From: Acidimicrobiia bacterium
Lineage (GTDB): Bacteria > Actinomycetota > Acidimicrobiia > IMCC26256 > PALSA-610
DNA length: 64,000 nucleotides
Reading direction: 5' to 3'
Assembly (NCBI GenBank): GCA_038239145.1
Contig: JBBSFB010000015.1
Location: 11,270-75,269 of the forward strand
The notes under the pieces were generated by a model. That model was not told the origin of the DNA and searched no databases. It saw only the letters and a list, made by a program, of their open reading frames with translations. Positions 1 through 10,279 of the stretch are shown one piece after another (position 1 is the stretch's first letter; every line of letters starts with the position of its first letter). Both the position numbers and the translations under genes were made by a program.

Positions 1-1014
1 TTCGAGCGCGATTTCGACATCGCGTGCACCACTCCGTCGCTGTGCGCCCGCTGTGGCCCGCACAAGGATGGGCTCCAATGGTTGCAGCTCGCGGGTCTGC
101 TGCGCGAGGTGTTCGTCATGGCGGGCCAAGAACAGGAGCTCTTCGGCAAGTCGCGTCAGCCGGTCGGTTTCGTCGCCGGCGTTGGCCACCGCGGTTCGGA
201 GCTCCCCGACATCCCGCCCCGGACGACCGGCGAGCTCGAGCTCCGTACGCAAGATGGCCAAGGGCGTGCGCAGCTCGTGACCCGCGTCGGCGACAAACGC
301 GCGTTGCTGCGCGAGCGCATTCTGGAGGCGGCCGAGCAACGCGTTCATCGTGCGCCCGAGCAGCGCGATCTCGTCGTGCGTGCTTGGCACAGCCAGACGG
401 GTGTGCGCATCGTGCTCCGAGATCGCCGCGACCTCGCGCCGCATACGTTCGACCGGTCGCAGCGCGAATCGGCCGAGCAACCACGCGCCGACCGCCGCGA
501 TTGCGACAGTCAGAATGCCGCCGAGCAAAAGACCGGCACGCACCCGACTCACCGCGTCGTCGGCGGAAGCCAGCGAGGTGCCGACGATCACGACGTAGGT
601 TCCTTCGGGGCGTCTGACCGGCGTCGCGAGGAACCGGGCCGAGTGAGCATCCCCGGCAACGACGCCTTCTGAGTAGGAGATTCCGCGGCGCGCCGCGACC
701 AGCGCCGATCGGGAGATTGCGAGGGTGTTGCCGGCCGCTTCCGAGGAGTCGACAAGACGACCGTCGGGCGCAACGACCTGCGCGATCGACTCGCTCGCGG
801 CCAGAAGGGCCGTCGAACCAGCATCCTGGAAGTCGAGATTCGTCCCGGAATCCTGCACCTTCTGCACAAGCGCATCCGCTCGCGTGCGCAGCGAGGAGTC
901 AACCGATGCATGCAAGCCGTTGCGAAGCTGATGCAAGAACACGAACCCGCCGACCGACGAGAGCGCGACCGCGCCGAACAGCGCGGCGAGGGTCAAGCGC
1001 AGCCTGATCGGCAT
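1..1014 (-). CDS. Sensor histidine kinase, partial (C-terminus lies beyond the window start)
   Basis: Open minus-strand frame from ATG (1012-1014) to position 1. It is absent from the ORF track because there is no stop in the window. My translation gives a membrane/HAMP-like N-terminus and the H-box ADAGHELRTPLAIL. It starts 3 nt after the stop of the response regulator at 1018-1695. Confidence 0.8.
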   Translation of the reverse strand, partial: MPIRLRLTLAALFGAVALSSVGGFVFLHQLRNGLHASVDSSLRTRADALVQKVQDSGTNLDFQDAGSTALLAASESIAQVVAPDGRLVDSSEAAGNTLAISRSALVAARRGISYSEGVVAGDAHSARFLATPVRRPEGTYVVIVGTSLASADDAVSRVRAGLLLGGILTVAIAAVGAWLLGRFALRPVERMRREVAAISEHDAHTRLAVPSTHDEIALLGRTMNALLGRLQNALAQQRAFVADAGHELRTPLAILRTELELAGRPGRDVGELRTAVANAGDETDRLTRLAEELLFLARHDEHLAQQTRELQPLEPILVRATAGAQRRSGARDVEIALE

Positions 1015-1017
1015 CGG

Positions 1018-1695
1018 TCAGCCCGCAGGTGAGCGGAGGCGGTAGCCCACGCCGCGCACCGTTTGGAGGTCGGTGCGGCCGAACGGTTTGTCGATCTTGC
1101 GGCGCAGGTACGAGACGTACTGGTCAACGACGTTCGACAGGCCGTCGTAGGCGAAGTCCCATACGTGATCGAGGATCTGGGTTCGGGTGATCACCTCGTC
1201 CGGGTGGCGCATGAACAACTCGAGTAGGGCCATTTCCTTCGGTGAAAGCGAGAGCTCGACGTCGTTGCGCGATGCGCGATGACGGGCCGGGTCGAGGCGA
1301 AGGTCGCCGACCACAAGCACCGTCCGTCTCGCACCCGTCCCGCGTCGCAGCAGTGCTCGCACGCGTGCGCTCAGCTCGGCGAAGCTGAAGGGCTTGGTCA
1401 GGTAGTCGTCGGCACCGGCGTCGAGACCGCGGACCCGGTCTTCGACCGCGTCGCGTGCGGTGAGCATCAACACGGGTGCGTCACACCCCTTTTCCCGCAT
1501 CGTGCTGCAGACCTCGAACCCGTCGATACCCGGAAGCATCACGTCGAGGATGACGGTGTCGAACGTGGCCTCGCTGGCGAGCCACAGCGCGTCAGTGCCG
1601 TTGTTCGCGACGTCGACGGAGTAGCCCTCCTCGACGAATCCGCGCCGCAGCAACGCGGCCATACGTGCCTCGTCCTCGATGATCAAGAGCCGCAT
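1018..1695 (-). CDS. OmpR-family response regulator
   Basis: 225 aa. Receiver domain (MRLLIIEDE...DVMLPGIDG...TARD) plus a winged-helix output domain (VRGVGYRL). Confidence 0.95.
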   Translation of the reverse strand: MRLLIIEDEARMAALLRRGFVEEGYSVDVANNGTDALWLASEATFDTVILDVMLPGIDGFEVCSTMREKGCDAPVLMLTARDAVEDRVRGLDAGADDYLTKPFSFAELSARVRALLRRGTGARRTVLVVGDLRLDPARHRASRNDVELSLSPKEMALLELFMRHPDEVITRTQILDHVWDFAYDGLSNVVDQYVSYLRRKIDKPFGRTDLQTVRGVGYRLRSPAG

Positions 1696-1792
1696 CGTTC
1701 CAACATACGGACTTCACATGTGAGCATTGTGAGAACCACGCACAGCGGCCAACAGCCTGTGCATCCTGGCTTCGATGACGGTCCGAGACTGT

Positions 1793-3064
1793 TCAGCGCA
1801 TTGTCAGCTCGAACATCGGGTGGGGTCCCGAATGCGCGAGTCGTAAGCGCGCACCTTCGGCATGGGCGAGCGCGGCGGCAAGCGGAAGCCCAAATCCGTG
1901 ACCGCCCTCAGCTCCGGCCGAAAAGACATCGTCGCCGTCGCCGCTGATTCCCGGACCTTCGTCCGCGACCGCGATGACGGCTCCGCCTTCGACGGCCGAT
2001 CGCACTGAAATGGTGACGACACCAGAGCCGTGCTGCAGCGCGTTGTCGAGCAGGACGTCGAGGATCTGGGCCAGCGCGGTGCTCGACGCATGCGCGCTCG
2101 ATGTGGTCACGTCCTGCACGCTGACCCGAATCGGTCGAGCAACCGCGGCGAACGTTCCGTGCCAGCGATGTTCCGCGGCACGGGCCACCTCTCCCAGATC
2201 GACAGGTCCTCGTACCGCGGTACCGCGCGCCAGCAGCAGAAGATCATTGATCGTTCGTTCGAGGCGGTCGGCCTCGGTGAGCACTTCATGCAGCGCCGTG
2301 CTCGGGTCTGGTCGTGGGCGCGCAAGCTCGGCTTCAACTGCTAACCGCAGCGAGGCAAGCGGCGTGCGCAGTTGATGAGAAGCGTGGGCACTGAAGGTCC
2401 GTTCACGTTCGACGAGTTGTCCGAGCTGGGCCGCGGTGTCGTCGAGCGCCTGGGCGACGTCGTCGACCTCGGCAATGCCCGAGCGAGGCGCTCGCACGGC
2501 GAAGTCGCCATGGCCAAGGCGGGTCGCGGCGGCTCGTAGCCTGCGCATCGGACGCGCCAATGCGGCGGACACACCCAGTCCGACAAGGATCGCGACAATC
2601 GTGGCGGCGACTCCGAGCAGCACGATCGTGACGCGTTGGCGACGGACCTGTGTGTCGGTGACGGTGATCGGCTCGGAGACGCGGATTGCGGCTATCACGC
2701 GCAGCCCGCGTACGACGGGCACTCCCACGACGAGGGAGGAGCCTGCTTGGCCGTTGTTGGTGTGGCCCGCCAATGCGCGCTGGACGATCGGGTCCGCTCT
2801 GGTGGGGCCTTCGCCACCGCGCCGCTCGCCAGTCGTCTCGTAGACGCTGAGGTCGCCGTCAGACGCAGGATCGGGCAAGGTCAGCGTCGTGCTGGGCTCG
2901 ATCTGATCGGGGAGGCGCGTCGCGGTCGTGACGGCGAGACGTTCGAGGCGCGCCATGGATTGGGCACGTTCGTCGTGGCCGAGACGGATCGCCAGGGGAA
3001 TTGCGAGCGTGGCGACAGCCAGCAGCGCGATGGCGACGATGGCTCCGAGAATGCGGGGTCTCAC
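1793..3064 (-). CDS. Sensor histidine kinase
   Basis: H-box HASHQLRTPLASL, and ATPase G-boxes (DEGPGI, GHGFGL). The track ORF extends to 3262, but a GTG at 3062-3064 overlaps the TGA of the upstream regulator (GTGA) and precedes the first TM segment (VRPRILGAIVAIALLAV). Confidence 0.88.
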   Translation of the reverse strand: MRPRILGAIVAIALLAVATLAIPLAIRLGHDERAQSMARLERLAVTTATRLPDQIEPSTTLTLPDPASDGDLSVYETTGERRGGEGPTRADPIVQRALAGHTNNGQAGSSLVVGVPVVRGLRVIAAIRVSEPITVTDTQVRRQRVTIVLLGVAATIVAILVGLGVSAALARPMRRLRAAATRLGHGDFAVRAPRSGIAEVDDVAQALDDTAAQLGQLVERERTFSAHASHQLRTPLASLRLAVEAELARPRPDPSTALHEVLTEADRLERTINDLLLLARGTAVRGPVDLGEVARAAEHRWHGTFAAVARPIRVSVQDVTTSSAHASSTALAQILDVLLDNALQHGSGVVTISVRSAVEGGAVIAVADEGPGISGDGDDVFSAGAEGGHGFGLPLAAALAHAEGARLRLAHSGPHPMFELTMR

Positions 3065-3744
3065 AGGCGTTCGAGCCGGTAGCCGATGCCGCGCAGCGTT
3101 GTAACGGTGACCGCACCCGGCGCGGTGACATCGAGCTTGCGCCGCAGGGTGGAGACGGTGACGTCGAGAGTCTTCGTCGAACCGAACCAGTGTTCGTCCC
3201 ACACGTCCGCCATGAGTTCCTCTCGGCGTAACACATTCCCGGCGACGGCTGCCAGGCTGCACAACAGATCGAACTCCTTGGCGCGGAGTTCGACGTCGAC
3301 GCCGCCGACCGACACGACGCGTGCCGCGCGGTCGACGACGAGGTCGCCGACCACGATGCGCTCGCCGCCGGATGCGACTCGGCGCAGGTGGGTTCGAACG
3401 CGTGCGGAGAGTTCCGCAAGTCGAAATGGCTTGGTGACGTAATCGACGGCGCCGCTGTCGAGCCCGATGACGACGTCGATCTCCGCGTCGCGCGCGGTCA
3501 GGATGAGGATCGGGAGCGCGGGCTGTTCCAGGAGCAGGGTGCGACAGAGGTCGATCCCGTCGCCGTCGGGCAGACCGAGATCGAGCAGTACGAGGTCGGG
3601 TGCGCGCTCGCGCGCTAAAGCGTTCGCTTCAGCAATCGTGTGCGCCCAGGCCGCGTCGACCTCGTCGGACGCGAGCGCGCGTTGCAGGTTTGCGCCGATG
3701 CCGTCGTCGTCTTCGACGATCAGGAGGTGAGCCGGCCGTCGCAC
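3061..3744 (-). CDS. OmpR-family response regulator
   Basis: 227 aa. Receiver (LLIVEDDDG...DLGLPDGDG...TARD) plus winged helix (LRGIGYRLE). Confidence 0.95.
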   Translation of the reverse strand: MRRPAHLLIVEDDDGIGANLQRALASDEVDAAWAHTIAEANALARERAPDLVLLDLGLPDGDGIDLCRTLLLEQPALPILILTARDAEIDVVIGLDSGAVDYVTKPFRLAELSARVRTHLRRVASGGERIVVGDLVVDRAARVVSVGGVDVELRAKEFDLLCSLAAVAGNVLRREELMADVWDEHWFGSTKTLDVTVSTLRRKLDVTAPGAVTVTTLRGIGYRLERL

Positions 3745-3900
3745 GACCGTGAGCGTAGGACGCGCTGTGCGACGACGGCATCGGGGTTCGCGACCTGAGA
3801 GGAGTTTTGCCGGGATTTTGCCCCTCGGCGTTCGGCCCTTCAGGCGACGGTGGTCATGGTGCCCTCACGCAGTGCAACCGTCGAAACAGGAGAGTCTCGG

Positions 3901-4530
3901 ATGCGTCGTAGTACCCGGCGAATAGTTGTCAGCTCGTTCGCGCTCACCGCCGTGCTGGCCGCATGCGGGTCATCCAAGACCGCCGCGCCGCCCAACTCGT
4001 CCGGTGGTGCCGCAGCCAGCGTCACGACGGTTGCGGGAGCCCCGAATCCCAACGCGAAGGAGCAGCTGCCGCCGGGTGACATTCCTGACAATCAGGTGTT
4101 CGTGCCTTACACCCCGGCGACCGGCGGATACTCGATGAGCTACCCGCAAGGCTGGGCCAAGCGGGAAACGGCCGCGACGACGACCTTCACCCAGAACTTC
4201 AACTCGATCGACGTGACAACGACCAAGACCGCGTCCGCACCCACAACTGCTTCGGCCCGTTCGACGGCGACGTCGCAGTTGGGCAAGCTTCCGGGCTTCC
4301 ACCTGAACACGGCCGACTCGGTCACGCGCGCTTCCGGCCCGGCGATTCGCGTCGTCTACAGTGCGACCAGCGCAACTGACGCCGTCACCGGCAAGTCCGT
4401 CACTTTGGACGTGGAGCGCTACCTGTTCTGGCACAACGGCACGCTCGTCACGATCACGTTGTCGAGCGCGAAGGGTTCCGACAACGTCGACCCTTGGAAG
4501 ACCGTCACCAACTCGCTGGTATGGAAGTGA
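3901..4530 (+). CDS. Secreted lipoprotein of unknown function
   Basis: The ATG at 3901 is preceded by AGGAGA. Signal peptide with lipobox (FALTAVLAAC|GSS). Thr/Ala-rich mature part. The track ORF starts earlier, at 3850. Confidence 0.6.
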   Translation: MRRSTRRIVVSSFALTAVLAACGSSKTAAPPNSSGGAAASVTTVAGAPNPNAKEQLPPGDIPDNQVFVPYTPATGGYSMSYPQGWAKRETAATTTFTQNFNSIDVTTTKTASAPTTASARSTATSQLGKLPGFHLNTADSVTRASGPAIRVVYSATSATDAVTGKSVTLDVERYLFWHNGTLVTITLSSAKGSDNVDPWKTVTNSLVWK

Positions 4531-4537
4531 GCACGCG

Positions 4538-5197
4538 ATGACGCTGCTCGAAGCTGACCGCCTCTTTCGGTTCTTCCACACCGGCGGAGAGGAAACCGTC
4601 GCGCTGGCAGGTGTGACGCTGCGGATCGACGCTGGCGAGCTGGTCGCGATCACCGGGCCTTCGGGGTCGGGAAAGTCGACGCTACTCAACTGCCTCGCCG
4701 GTTTGGATGAGCCCGACGGCGGCACAGTACGTATCGAAGGCGTCGTGCTGTCCCGCCAACCTGAGGCCGACCGCGCGCGAATGCGCGCGCGGTCGGTCGG
4801 CGTGTTGTGGCAGAACGCCAACCTCCTCGACCACCTCGATCTACGAGACAACGTGCTCTTCGCCCAACAACTCACAGGAACGACGGACAGTGCGCGCGCC
4901 GACCATCTGCTCCTGCGACTCGGGCTCGCCGACCGTGCGCACGCTTGGCCATCCAACCTTTCCGGCGGCGAGGCCGCGCGCGCGGGTCTCGCGGTCGCGC
5001 TCGCGAACGATCCGACGGTCCTCTTGGCCGACGAACCGACTGGAGAACTGGACACGACGACCGCCGGGAGCGTCGTCGCGCTTCTCGATGAGCATGCCGC
5101 CACCGGGCACGTCGTCGTGGTCGTCACCCATTCCGACACGGTCGCCAACAAGGCGCATCGGATCGTTCGATTGCGAGACGGAGAGATCGACGCATGA
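4538..5197 (+). CDS. ABC transporter ATP-binding protein
   Basis: Walker A GPSGSGKST, signature LSGGEAAR, Walker B LLADEPTGELD. The start is taken at the ATG at 4538 (MTLLEADRLF), not at the longer track ORF. Confidence 0.9.
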   Translation: MTLLEADRLFRFFHTGGEETVALAGVTLRIDAGELVAITGPSGSGKSTLLNCLAGLDEPDGGTVRIEGVVLSRQPEADRARMRARSVGVLWQNANLLDHLDLRDNVLFAQQLTGTTDSARADHLLLRLGLADRAHAWPSNLSGGEAARAGLAVALANDPTVLLADEPTGELDTTTAGSVVALLDEHAATGHVVVVVTHSDTVANKAHRIVRLRDGEIDA

Positions 5198-5907
5198 ACA
5201 CACAGCTCGATTCAGTGCAGCCCGAAGCCCCGGACGCGACGACCGCACCCCTGGTGCGTTGCTCGGCATTGGCGCGCACCTTCGGGCGAGGGCCCGCGGC
5301 GGTCGTCGCGTTGCATCACGCCACCTGCGAGATCAACTCCGGCCAGCTCGTCGCCCTCGTCGGGCCGTCCGGCTCGGGCAAGTCGACGTTGTTGCACCTG
5401 TTGGCGGGGCTCGATACGCCGACCGCCGGAACCGTCGAATGGCCCGCGCTCGCCGGAGCGGCGTTGCGACCCGGACCGATCGCGGTCGTGTTCCAGTCTC
5501 CGAGCCTGTTGGCGCCGCTCGATGTGCTCGAAAACGTCGCGTTGCCGCTCCTGCTCGCCGGAGCGGGACAGGTCAACGCGAACCAAGCCGCCCACAACGC
5601 ACTTGCCGCGCTCGACCTTGACGCAATCGCAGCCAAGCTGCCTGACGAACTCTCGGGCGGACAGGCCCAACGCGTCGCGATCGCTCGCGCGTTGGCGGGC
5701 AGCCCACGACTGATTCTGGCCGACGAACCCACAGGTCAACTCGATCACGACACCGCGACCGCAGTGGTCGACACCCTCATCGCCGCAGCCGAGCGATGCG
5801 GTGCCGCGCTCGTCGTCGCGACCCACGATCAAGATGTCGCCGCTCGTCTCACGACTCGTTGGCGTGTCGCTGATGGTCAACTCTTTAGCGACGAGGTCGC
5901 GTCGTGA
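5194..5907 (+). CDS. ABC transporter ATP-binding protein (second ATPase)
   Basis: Walker A GPSGSGKST, signature LSGGQAQR, Walker B ILADEPTGQLD. 4-nt overlap with the upstream ATPase. Confidence 0.9.
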   Translation: MNTQLDSVQPEAPDATTAPLVRCSALARTFGRGPAAVVALHHATCEINSGQLVALVGPSGSGKSTLLHLLAGLDTPTAGTVEWPALAGAALRPGPIAVVFQSPSLLAPLDVLENVALPLLLAGAGQVNANQAAHNALAALDLDAIAAKLPDELSGGQAQRVAIARALAGSPRLILADEPTGQLDHDTATAVVDTLIAAAERCGAALVVATHDQDVAARLTTRWRVADGQLFSDEVAS

Positions 5908-8567
5908 TCACACTCCAATGGATCCGAGGCCAGATTCGCCGACGCGCCGGCAGAGTCGCCGCGACCGCGACGGGCGTTGCTGTCGCCGTAGCGTTGCTCG
6001 CGTCATTGGGCGCGTTCCTCGCCCACAGCAAATCGACCATGACCCAACGGTCGGTCGCGAACGTCCCCGTCGACTGGCAGGTCGAGACGACCGCCACCGG
6101 CACCGGCCCGCAGCTCCTGCGCTCTGTGCGCGCCTATCCCGGCGTGCAAGCCGCGTTACCCGTCGAGTTCGGACAGGTTACGAGCCTCACTGCCACCACG
6201 GGTGGAACCCAACAAATCACCGGGTCCGGATTCGTTCTCGGCATCCCCGACACCTACCGGGCAACGTTCCCCGCCGTGATCCGCAACCTGATCGGACCGC
6301 AACAAGGTGTGCTCGTCGCGCAGCAAACCGCGGCCAATCTCCATGTCGCACCCGGCGACACGATCACCGTCGGTCGAGCGGGACTGCCTCCCGTCAAGAT
6401 CGTCGCCAACAGCGTCGTCGACCTGCCGTCGGCCGATACTCTCTTCCAAACAGTTGGCGTTCCGGCCGGCGCGACCGCCCAGGCGCCGCCCGACACCGTG
6501 CTGCTCGTCCCCGAAACGCAGTGGCATCGCATCTTCGATCCGCTCGCCAAGGTGCGGCCCGATCTCGTCAAGACCCAGATCCATACCCGGATCGATCACA
6601 CGTTGCCGACCGATCCGTCGGCCGCCTACTCGAGCGTCCTTGGCCGTGCCAACAACCTCGAGGTGTCACTCGCAGGAGCCGGCAAGGTGGGCGACAACCT
6701 TGCGGCCACGCTCGCTTCGGCACGCGCGGACGCGCTTTATGCCCAGGTGCTGTTCTTGTTTCTCGGGCTCCCGGGCACTGTCCTCGCCGGACTCCTCACT
6801 GCGACCGTCGCGGCCGCGGGCCGAGACCGTCGACGCCGCGAGCAGGCGCTTCTGCGTACTCGCGGCGCGACGACCACCCAACTCGTACGCCTCGCGCTCG
6901 GCGAAACCGCACTCGTCGGCACCATCGGCGCCGCGATCGGCCTCGTCGGAGCATCGATCATCGGTTCGGTGGCGTTCGGGAGCGCGAGCTTTGGAACCAG
7001 CACCGCGTCGGCGATCGGATGGGCAGCCGCAGCCGCGTTCGGTGGCTTCGTGGTCGCAGCCGCGGCCATCGCCGGACCCGCTTGGATCGACGCTCGCGGC
7101 ATCACCGTCAGCGCGGCCCGACGCCACGTCGATCGCAGTCGCACACCGCGATGGACTCGGTACGGCATCGATCTCTGGCTCTTCGGAGCCGGTGCTCTCA
7201 TCTTCTGGCTCACCAGCCGCGGCGGATACAAGCTCGTCCTCGCCCCCGAAGGCGTCCCTGCGATATCCGTCAACTACTGGGCCTTCGTCGGACCCGCCCT
7301 CATGTGGATCGGTGGCGGTCTGCTCGCGTGGCGTATCGCCGAATTCGCATTGCACCACGGTCGTCGCCCTCTGCGCACCGCGACGCGACCGCTCGCCGGT
7401 CCGCTATCCGACACGGTGGCCGCGAGCATGCAACGCCAACGACGCCTCCTGGCCCGCGGCGTCGCGCTGGTCGCGCTCACGGCCACCTTCGCCGCATCGA
7501 CCGCGATCTTCAACTCCACCTACCGCCAACAGGCACTCGTCGACGCGGTGCTCACGAACGGCGCCGACGTCACCGTCGCCCAACCTCCCGGCGCGACCAC
7601 CGGACCCGCGTTCGCGAACACCCTCAAAGCCGTCTCCGACATCGTCCACATCGAACCCATACAACATCGCTACGCGTACGTCGGGTCAGACCTCCAAGAT
7701 CTGTTCGGCCTGAACCCCGCGACCGTTGTCGACGCCGCCAAACTCCAAAACGCGTACTTCCAAGGCGGGACCGCACAACAACTCATGCAGCGACTCGCGC
7801 AACATCCCGACAACCTCATCGTCAGCGCCGAAACCGTCAAGGACTACCAGTTGCACCCCGGCGACCAGATCATCTTGCGGCTCCAAGACGCCCAAACAAA
7901 ACGGTACGTCCCCGTCAAGTTCCAATACGTCGGCATCGGCAAGGAATTTCCCACCGCACCCCGAGACAGTTTCCTGCTCGCCAACCGCGACTACGTCGCG
8001 GCACAAACCCATAGCGACGCCGTCGGGATCTTCCTCATCAACACCGCGGGGCACTCTCCCGCTCCGATCGCGGACGCCCTCCGACGACAACTCGGGACCA
8101 CAGTCACCGTCACGGACCTCACGCACACTCGCCGCATCATCGCGTCGAGTCTCACCGCAGTCGACCTCGCGGGCCTCACCCAAGTCGAGCTCGGATTTGC
8201 CCTCGCGCTCGCCGCCGCAGCGACCGGACTCGTGCTCTGGCTCGGCTTCGCCGAACGGCGCCGAACCTTCGCGATCGTGCACGCACTCGGCGCGCGTCCA
8301 CGTCAGCTCGCAGCGTTCGTCTGGAGCGAAGCCGGCTACGTCCTCGTCGTGGGTCTCGGGTTGGGAGTCATCGGCGGCAGCCTGCTCAGCCAAGCGCTCG
8401 TGAAGATCCTCACCGGCGTCTTCGACCCACCCCCGGACGCTCTCGCAATTCCCTGGACGTACTTGACGATCGCGACCACGGTCGGGGTCGTCGCGGTCGC
8501 GATCGCAGCCACGCTCGCCGTCCGAGAAGCCAGCAAGCCCCAACTCTCGGTCCTTCGCGACGTCTAA
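5904..8567 (+). CDS. FtsX-family ABC transporter permease (large, duplicated FtsX architecture)
   Basis: 887 aa. Multiple TM clusters separated by large extracytoplasmic domains. GTGA overlap with the ATPase gene. Confidence 0.85.
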   Translation: MITLQWIRGQIRRRAGRVAATATGVAVAVALLASLGAFLAHSKSTMTQRSVANVPVDWQVETTATGTGPQLLRSVRAYPGVQAALPVEFGQVTSLTATTGGTQQITGSGFVLGIPDTYRATFPAVIRNLIGPQQGVLVAQQTAANLHVAPGDTITVGRAGLPPVKIVANSVVDLPSADTLFQTVGVPAGATAQAPPDTVLLVPETQWHRIFDPLAKVRPDLVKTQIHTRIDHTLPTDPSAAYSSVLGRANNLEVSLAGAGKVGDNLAATLASARADALYAQVLFLFLGLPGTVLAGLLTATVAAAGRDRRRREQALLRTRGATTTQLVRLALGETALVGTIGAAIGLVGASIIGSVAFGSASFGTSTASAIGWAAAAAFGGFVVAAAAIAGPAWIDARGITVSAARRHVDRSRTPRWTRYGIDLWLFGAGALIFWLTSRGGYKLVLAPEGVPAISVNYWAFVGPALMWIGGGLLAWRIAEFALHHGRRPLRTATRPLAGPLSDTVAASMQRQRRLLARGVALVALTATFAASTAIFNSTYRQQALVDAVLTNGADVTVAQPPGATTGPAFANTLKAVSDIVHIEPIQHRYAYVGSDLQDLFGLNPATVVDAAKLQNAYFQGGTAQQLMQRLAQHPDNLIVSAETVKDYQLHPGDQIILRLQDAQTKRYVPVKFQYVGIGKEFPTAPRDSFLLANRDYVAAQTHSDAVGIFLINTAGHSPAPIADALRRQLGTTVTVTDLTHTRRIIASSLTAVDLAGLTQVELGFALALAAAATGLVLWLGFAERRRTFAIVHALGARPRQLAAFVWSEAGYVLVVGLGLGVIGGSLLSQALVKILTGVFDPPPDALAIPWTYLTIATTVGVVAVAIAATLAVREASKPQLSVLRDV

Positions 8568-8570
8568 CCC

Positions 8571-9725
8571 GTGCGCCATCGATTGCCATTCCACAGAGCC
8601 GGGACCGTCTTCGTCGCGGCGTGCCTCTTAGTGTCCTGCGGCTCATCGAAGCATGCATCGAGCGCAACGCCGAGCATCCCGGCGAAACGCGCGCAATCGC
8701 AAACCGTCCCCGCTTCCGACAACCACGCGCCAGTGACGAACGTGTACGCGGCCGCGGGCGCCGGAATGCTGAACGCGGCAACACGTAAGGCGCGCTCGCT
8801 CGTGTACGTGCCGGAGAGCCTCTCGGACTACGTCGACGTGATCGACCCCAACACCTTCCAGGTGATCGACCGATACCGCACCGGTGCCCGGCCGCAACAT
8901 GTCGTACCCGGCTGGGACATGCGCACCCTGTACGCCGCCAACAATCTTGGGAACTCCCTGACGCCCATCGATCCCAACACCGGAAAGATCTCCGGACCCA
9001 ACATCCCCGTCGACGACCCGTACAACCTCTACTTCACTCCCGACGGACGCTCCGCGATCGTCGTCGCGGAATACCTCCAACGCCTCGACTTCCGCGACCC
9101 CCACACCTTCGCACTACAACAACACGTCGCCGTCGACTGCGCAGGCATCGACCACGTCGACTACAACACCGACGGCACCTACCTCATCGCAACCTGCGAA
9201 TACGCCGGTCGACTCGTCAAGATCGACGTCGCAACCCGCAAGATCATCGCCTACCTCGATCTCCCCGGCTCCAGCCCACAAGACATCAAACTCGAACCGG
9301 CCGGACACATCTTCTACGTCGCCGACATGAAACTCGGCGGCGTTCACCTCGTCGACGGCGCAACTCTCCGCGCCGTCGGCTTCATCCCGACCGGTCCCGA
9401 CGCCCACGGCCTCTACCCCAGCCGCGATGGCCGCCACCTCTACGTCTCCAACCGCCGCGGCGCATCAGTGAGCGTCATCGACTTCGCAACCCGCACCCTC
9501 ACTGCGACATGGAGCCTCCCCGGCACGAGCCCCGACATGGGCGGCGTCAGCAGCGACGGCAAAGTGCTCTGGCTCTCCGGCCGCTTCCACGCCGCCGTCT
9601 ACGCCATCTCCACCGCCGACGGCCACCTCATCGCCACCATCCACGTCCCGCACCGTCCTCACGGTCTCTGCGTATGGCCACAACCCGGCCGCTACTCGAT
9701 CGGTCATACCGGAGTCACCCGATGA
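8571..9725 (+). CDS. YVTN-type beta-propeller repeat lipoprotein
   Basis: Lipobox LLVSC|GSS. Repeated ~40-aa units with Y-V/A-x-N and P-x-G motifs (LYAANNLGNSLTPID, FYVADMKLGGVHLVD, LYVSNRRGASVSVID). Confidence 0.75.
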   Translation: MRHRLPFHRAGTVFVAACLLVSCGSSKHASSATPSIPAKRAQSQTVPASDNHAPVTNVYAAAGAGMLNAATRKARSLVYVPESLSDYVDVIDPNTFQVIDRYRTGARPQHVVPGWDMRTLYAANNLGNSLTPIDPNTGKISGPNIPVDDPYNLYFTPDGRSAIVVAEYLQRLDFRDPHTFALQQHVAVDCAGIDHVDYNTDGTYLIATCEYAGRLVKIDVATRKIIAYLDLPGSSPQDIKLEPAGHIFYVADMKLGGVHLVDGATLRAVGFIPTGPDAHGLYPSRDGRHLYVSNRRGASVSVIDFATRTLTATWSLPGTSPDMGGVSSDGKVLWLSGRFHAAVYAISTADGHLIATIHVPHRPHGLCVWPQPGRYSIGHTGVTR

Positions 9726-9744
9726 CGCGGGAAGCTGCGGGCCG

Positions 9745-10140
9745 GTGAACTTCTCCGACGCCGTCGAGAAAGAGTCCCCGTCGGACGCTGACGAGTGCGG
9801 CGCAGTAGTCGTCAAGTTCCACGAAGCAACTCACGGCGGAAATCAGGAACACTTCGCCGACGAGGCCGACGACATAACCGTTCTACCGTCGGAAGGTTGC
9901 GAACACGGCGTGGATCTGGTCTTGTGGGCACCGCGTGAGTTCGATGAATCGGCGCTGCGCGCCGTCATCGACAAACATCGTCCGATACCCGTGTTCGTAG
10001 TTCTCGACGCGGCAAGGCAGCCCGGGGACATCTCCCAGTGCCTCGGAGCCGGTGCCATTCAATGTCTGATCGACCCTGCGAACCAGTTCCTCATCGCCAA
10101 TATCCGAGCCATCGCGCGCCGACTCGACGCCGGCCAATGA
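9745..10140 (+). CDS. Receiver-like (pseudo-receiver) domain protein
   Basis: 131 aa. CheY-like beta/alpha pattern (VVVK ... VDLVLWAP ... PVFVVLDA ... GAIQCLIDP ... IRAIARRL). The position where the phospho-acceptor Asp is expected reads W-A. Confidence 0.4.
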   Translation: MNFSDAVEKESPSDADECGAVVVKFHEATHGGNQEHFADEADDITVLPSEGCEHGVDLVLWAPREFDESALRAVIDKHRPIPVFVVLDAARQPGDISQCLGAGAIQCLIDPANQFLIANIRAIARRLDAGQ

Positions 10141-10279
10141 CGTCCCCCTCGCTCAAAGCATCGCCTTGGCGTCGACGTGCGTATTTGGCGAGACGAGCGC
10201 GGCGTGCTCGTGTTCAAGGGACCGTGTCTAGCGCCGAAATTCGCTCTCTTCCTGCCGCCAGCCCCGTGAACGTCGCGCC

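Noticed and set aside
5801-8014. A 737-aa ORF and many other very long ORFs in the track (e.g. 35640-38174, 844 aa; 21012-22943, 643 aa; 39519-40865; 57913-59547).
   Set aside because: They are extremely Arg/Pro/Ala-rich with no motifs. They overlap, in another frame or on the opposite strand, genes with clear family signatures. These are typical shadow ORFs of high-GC DNA. Where a real gene lies inside a long track ORF, I trimmed to the start supported by domain boundaries, RBS or stop-start overlaps.
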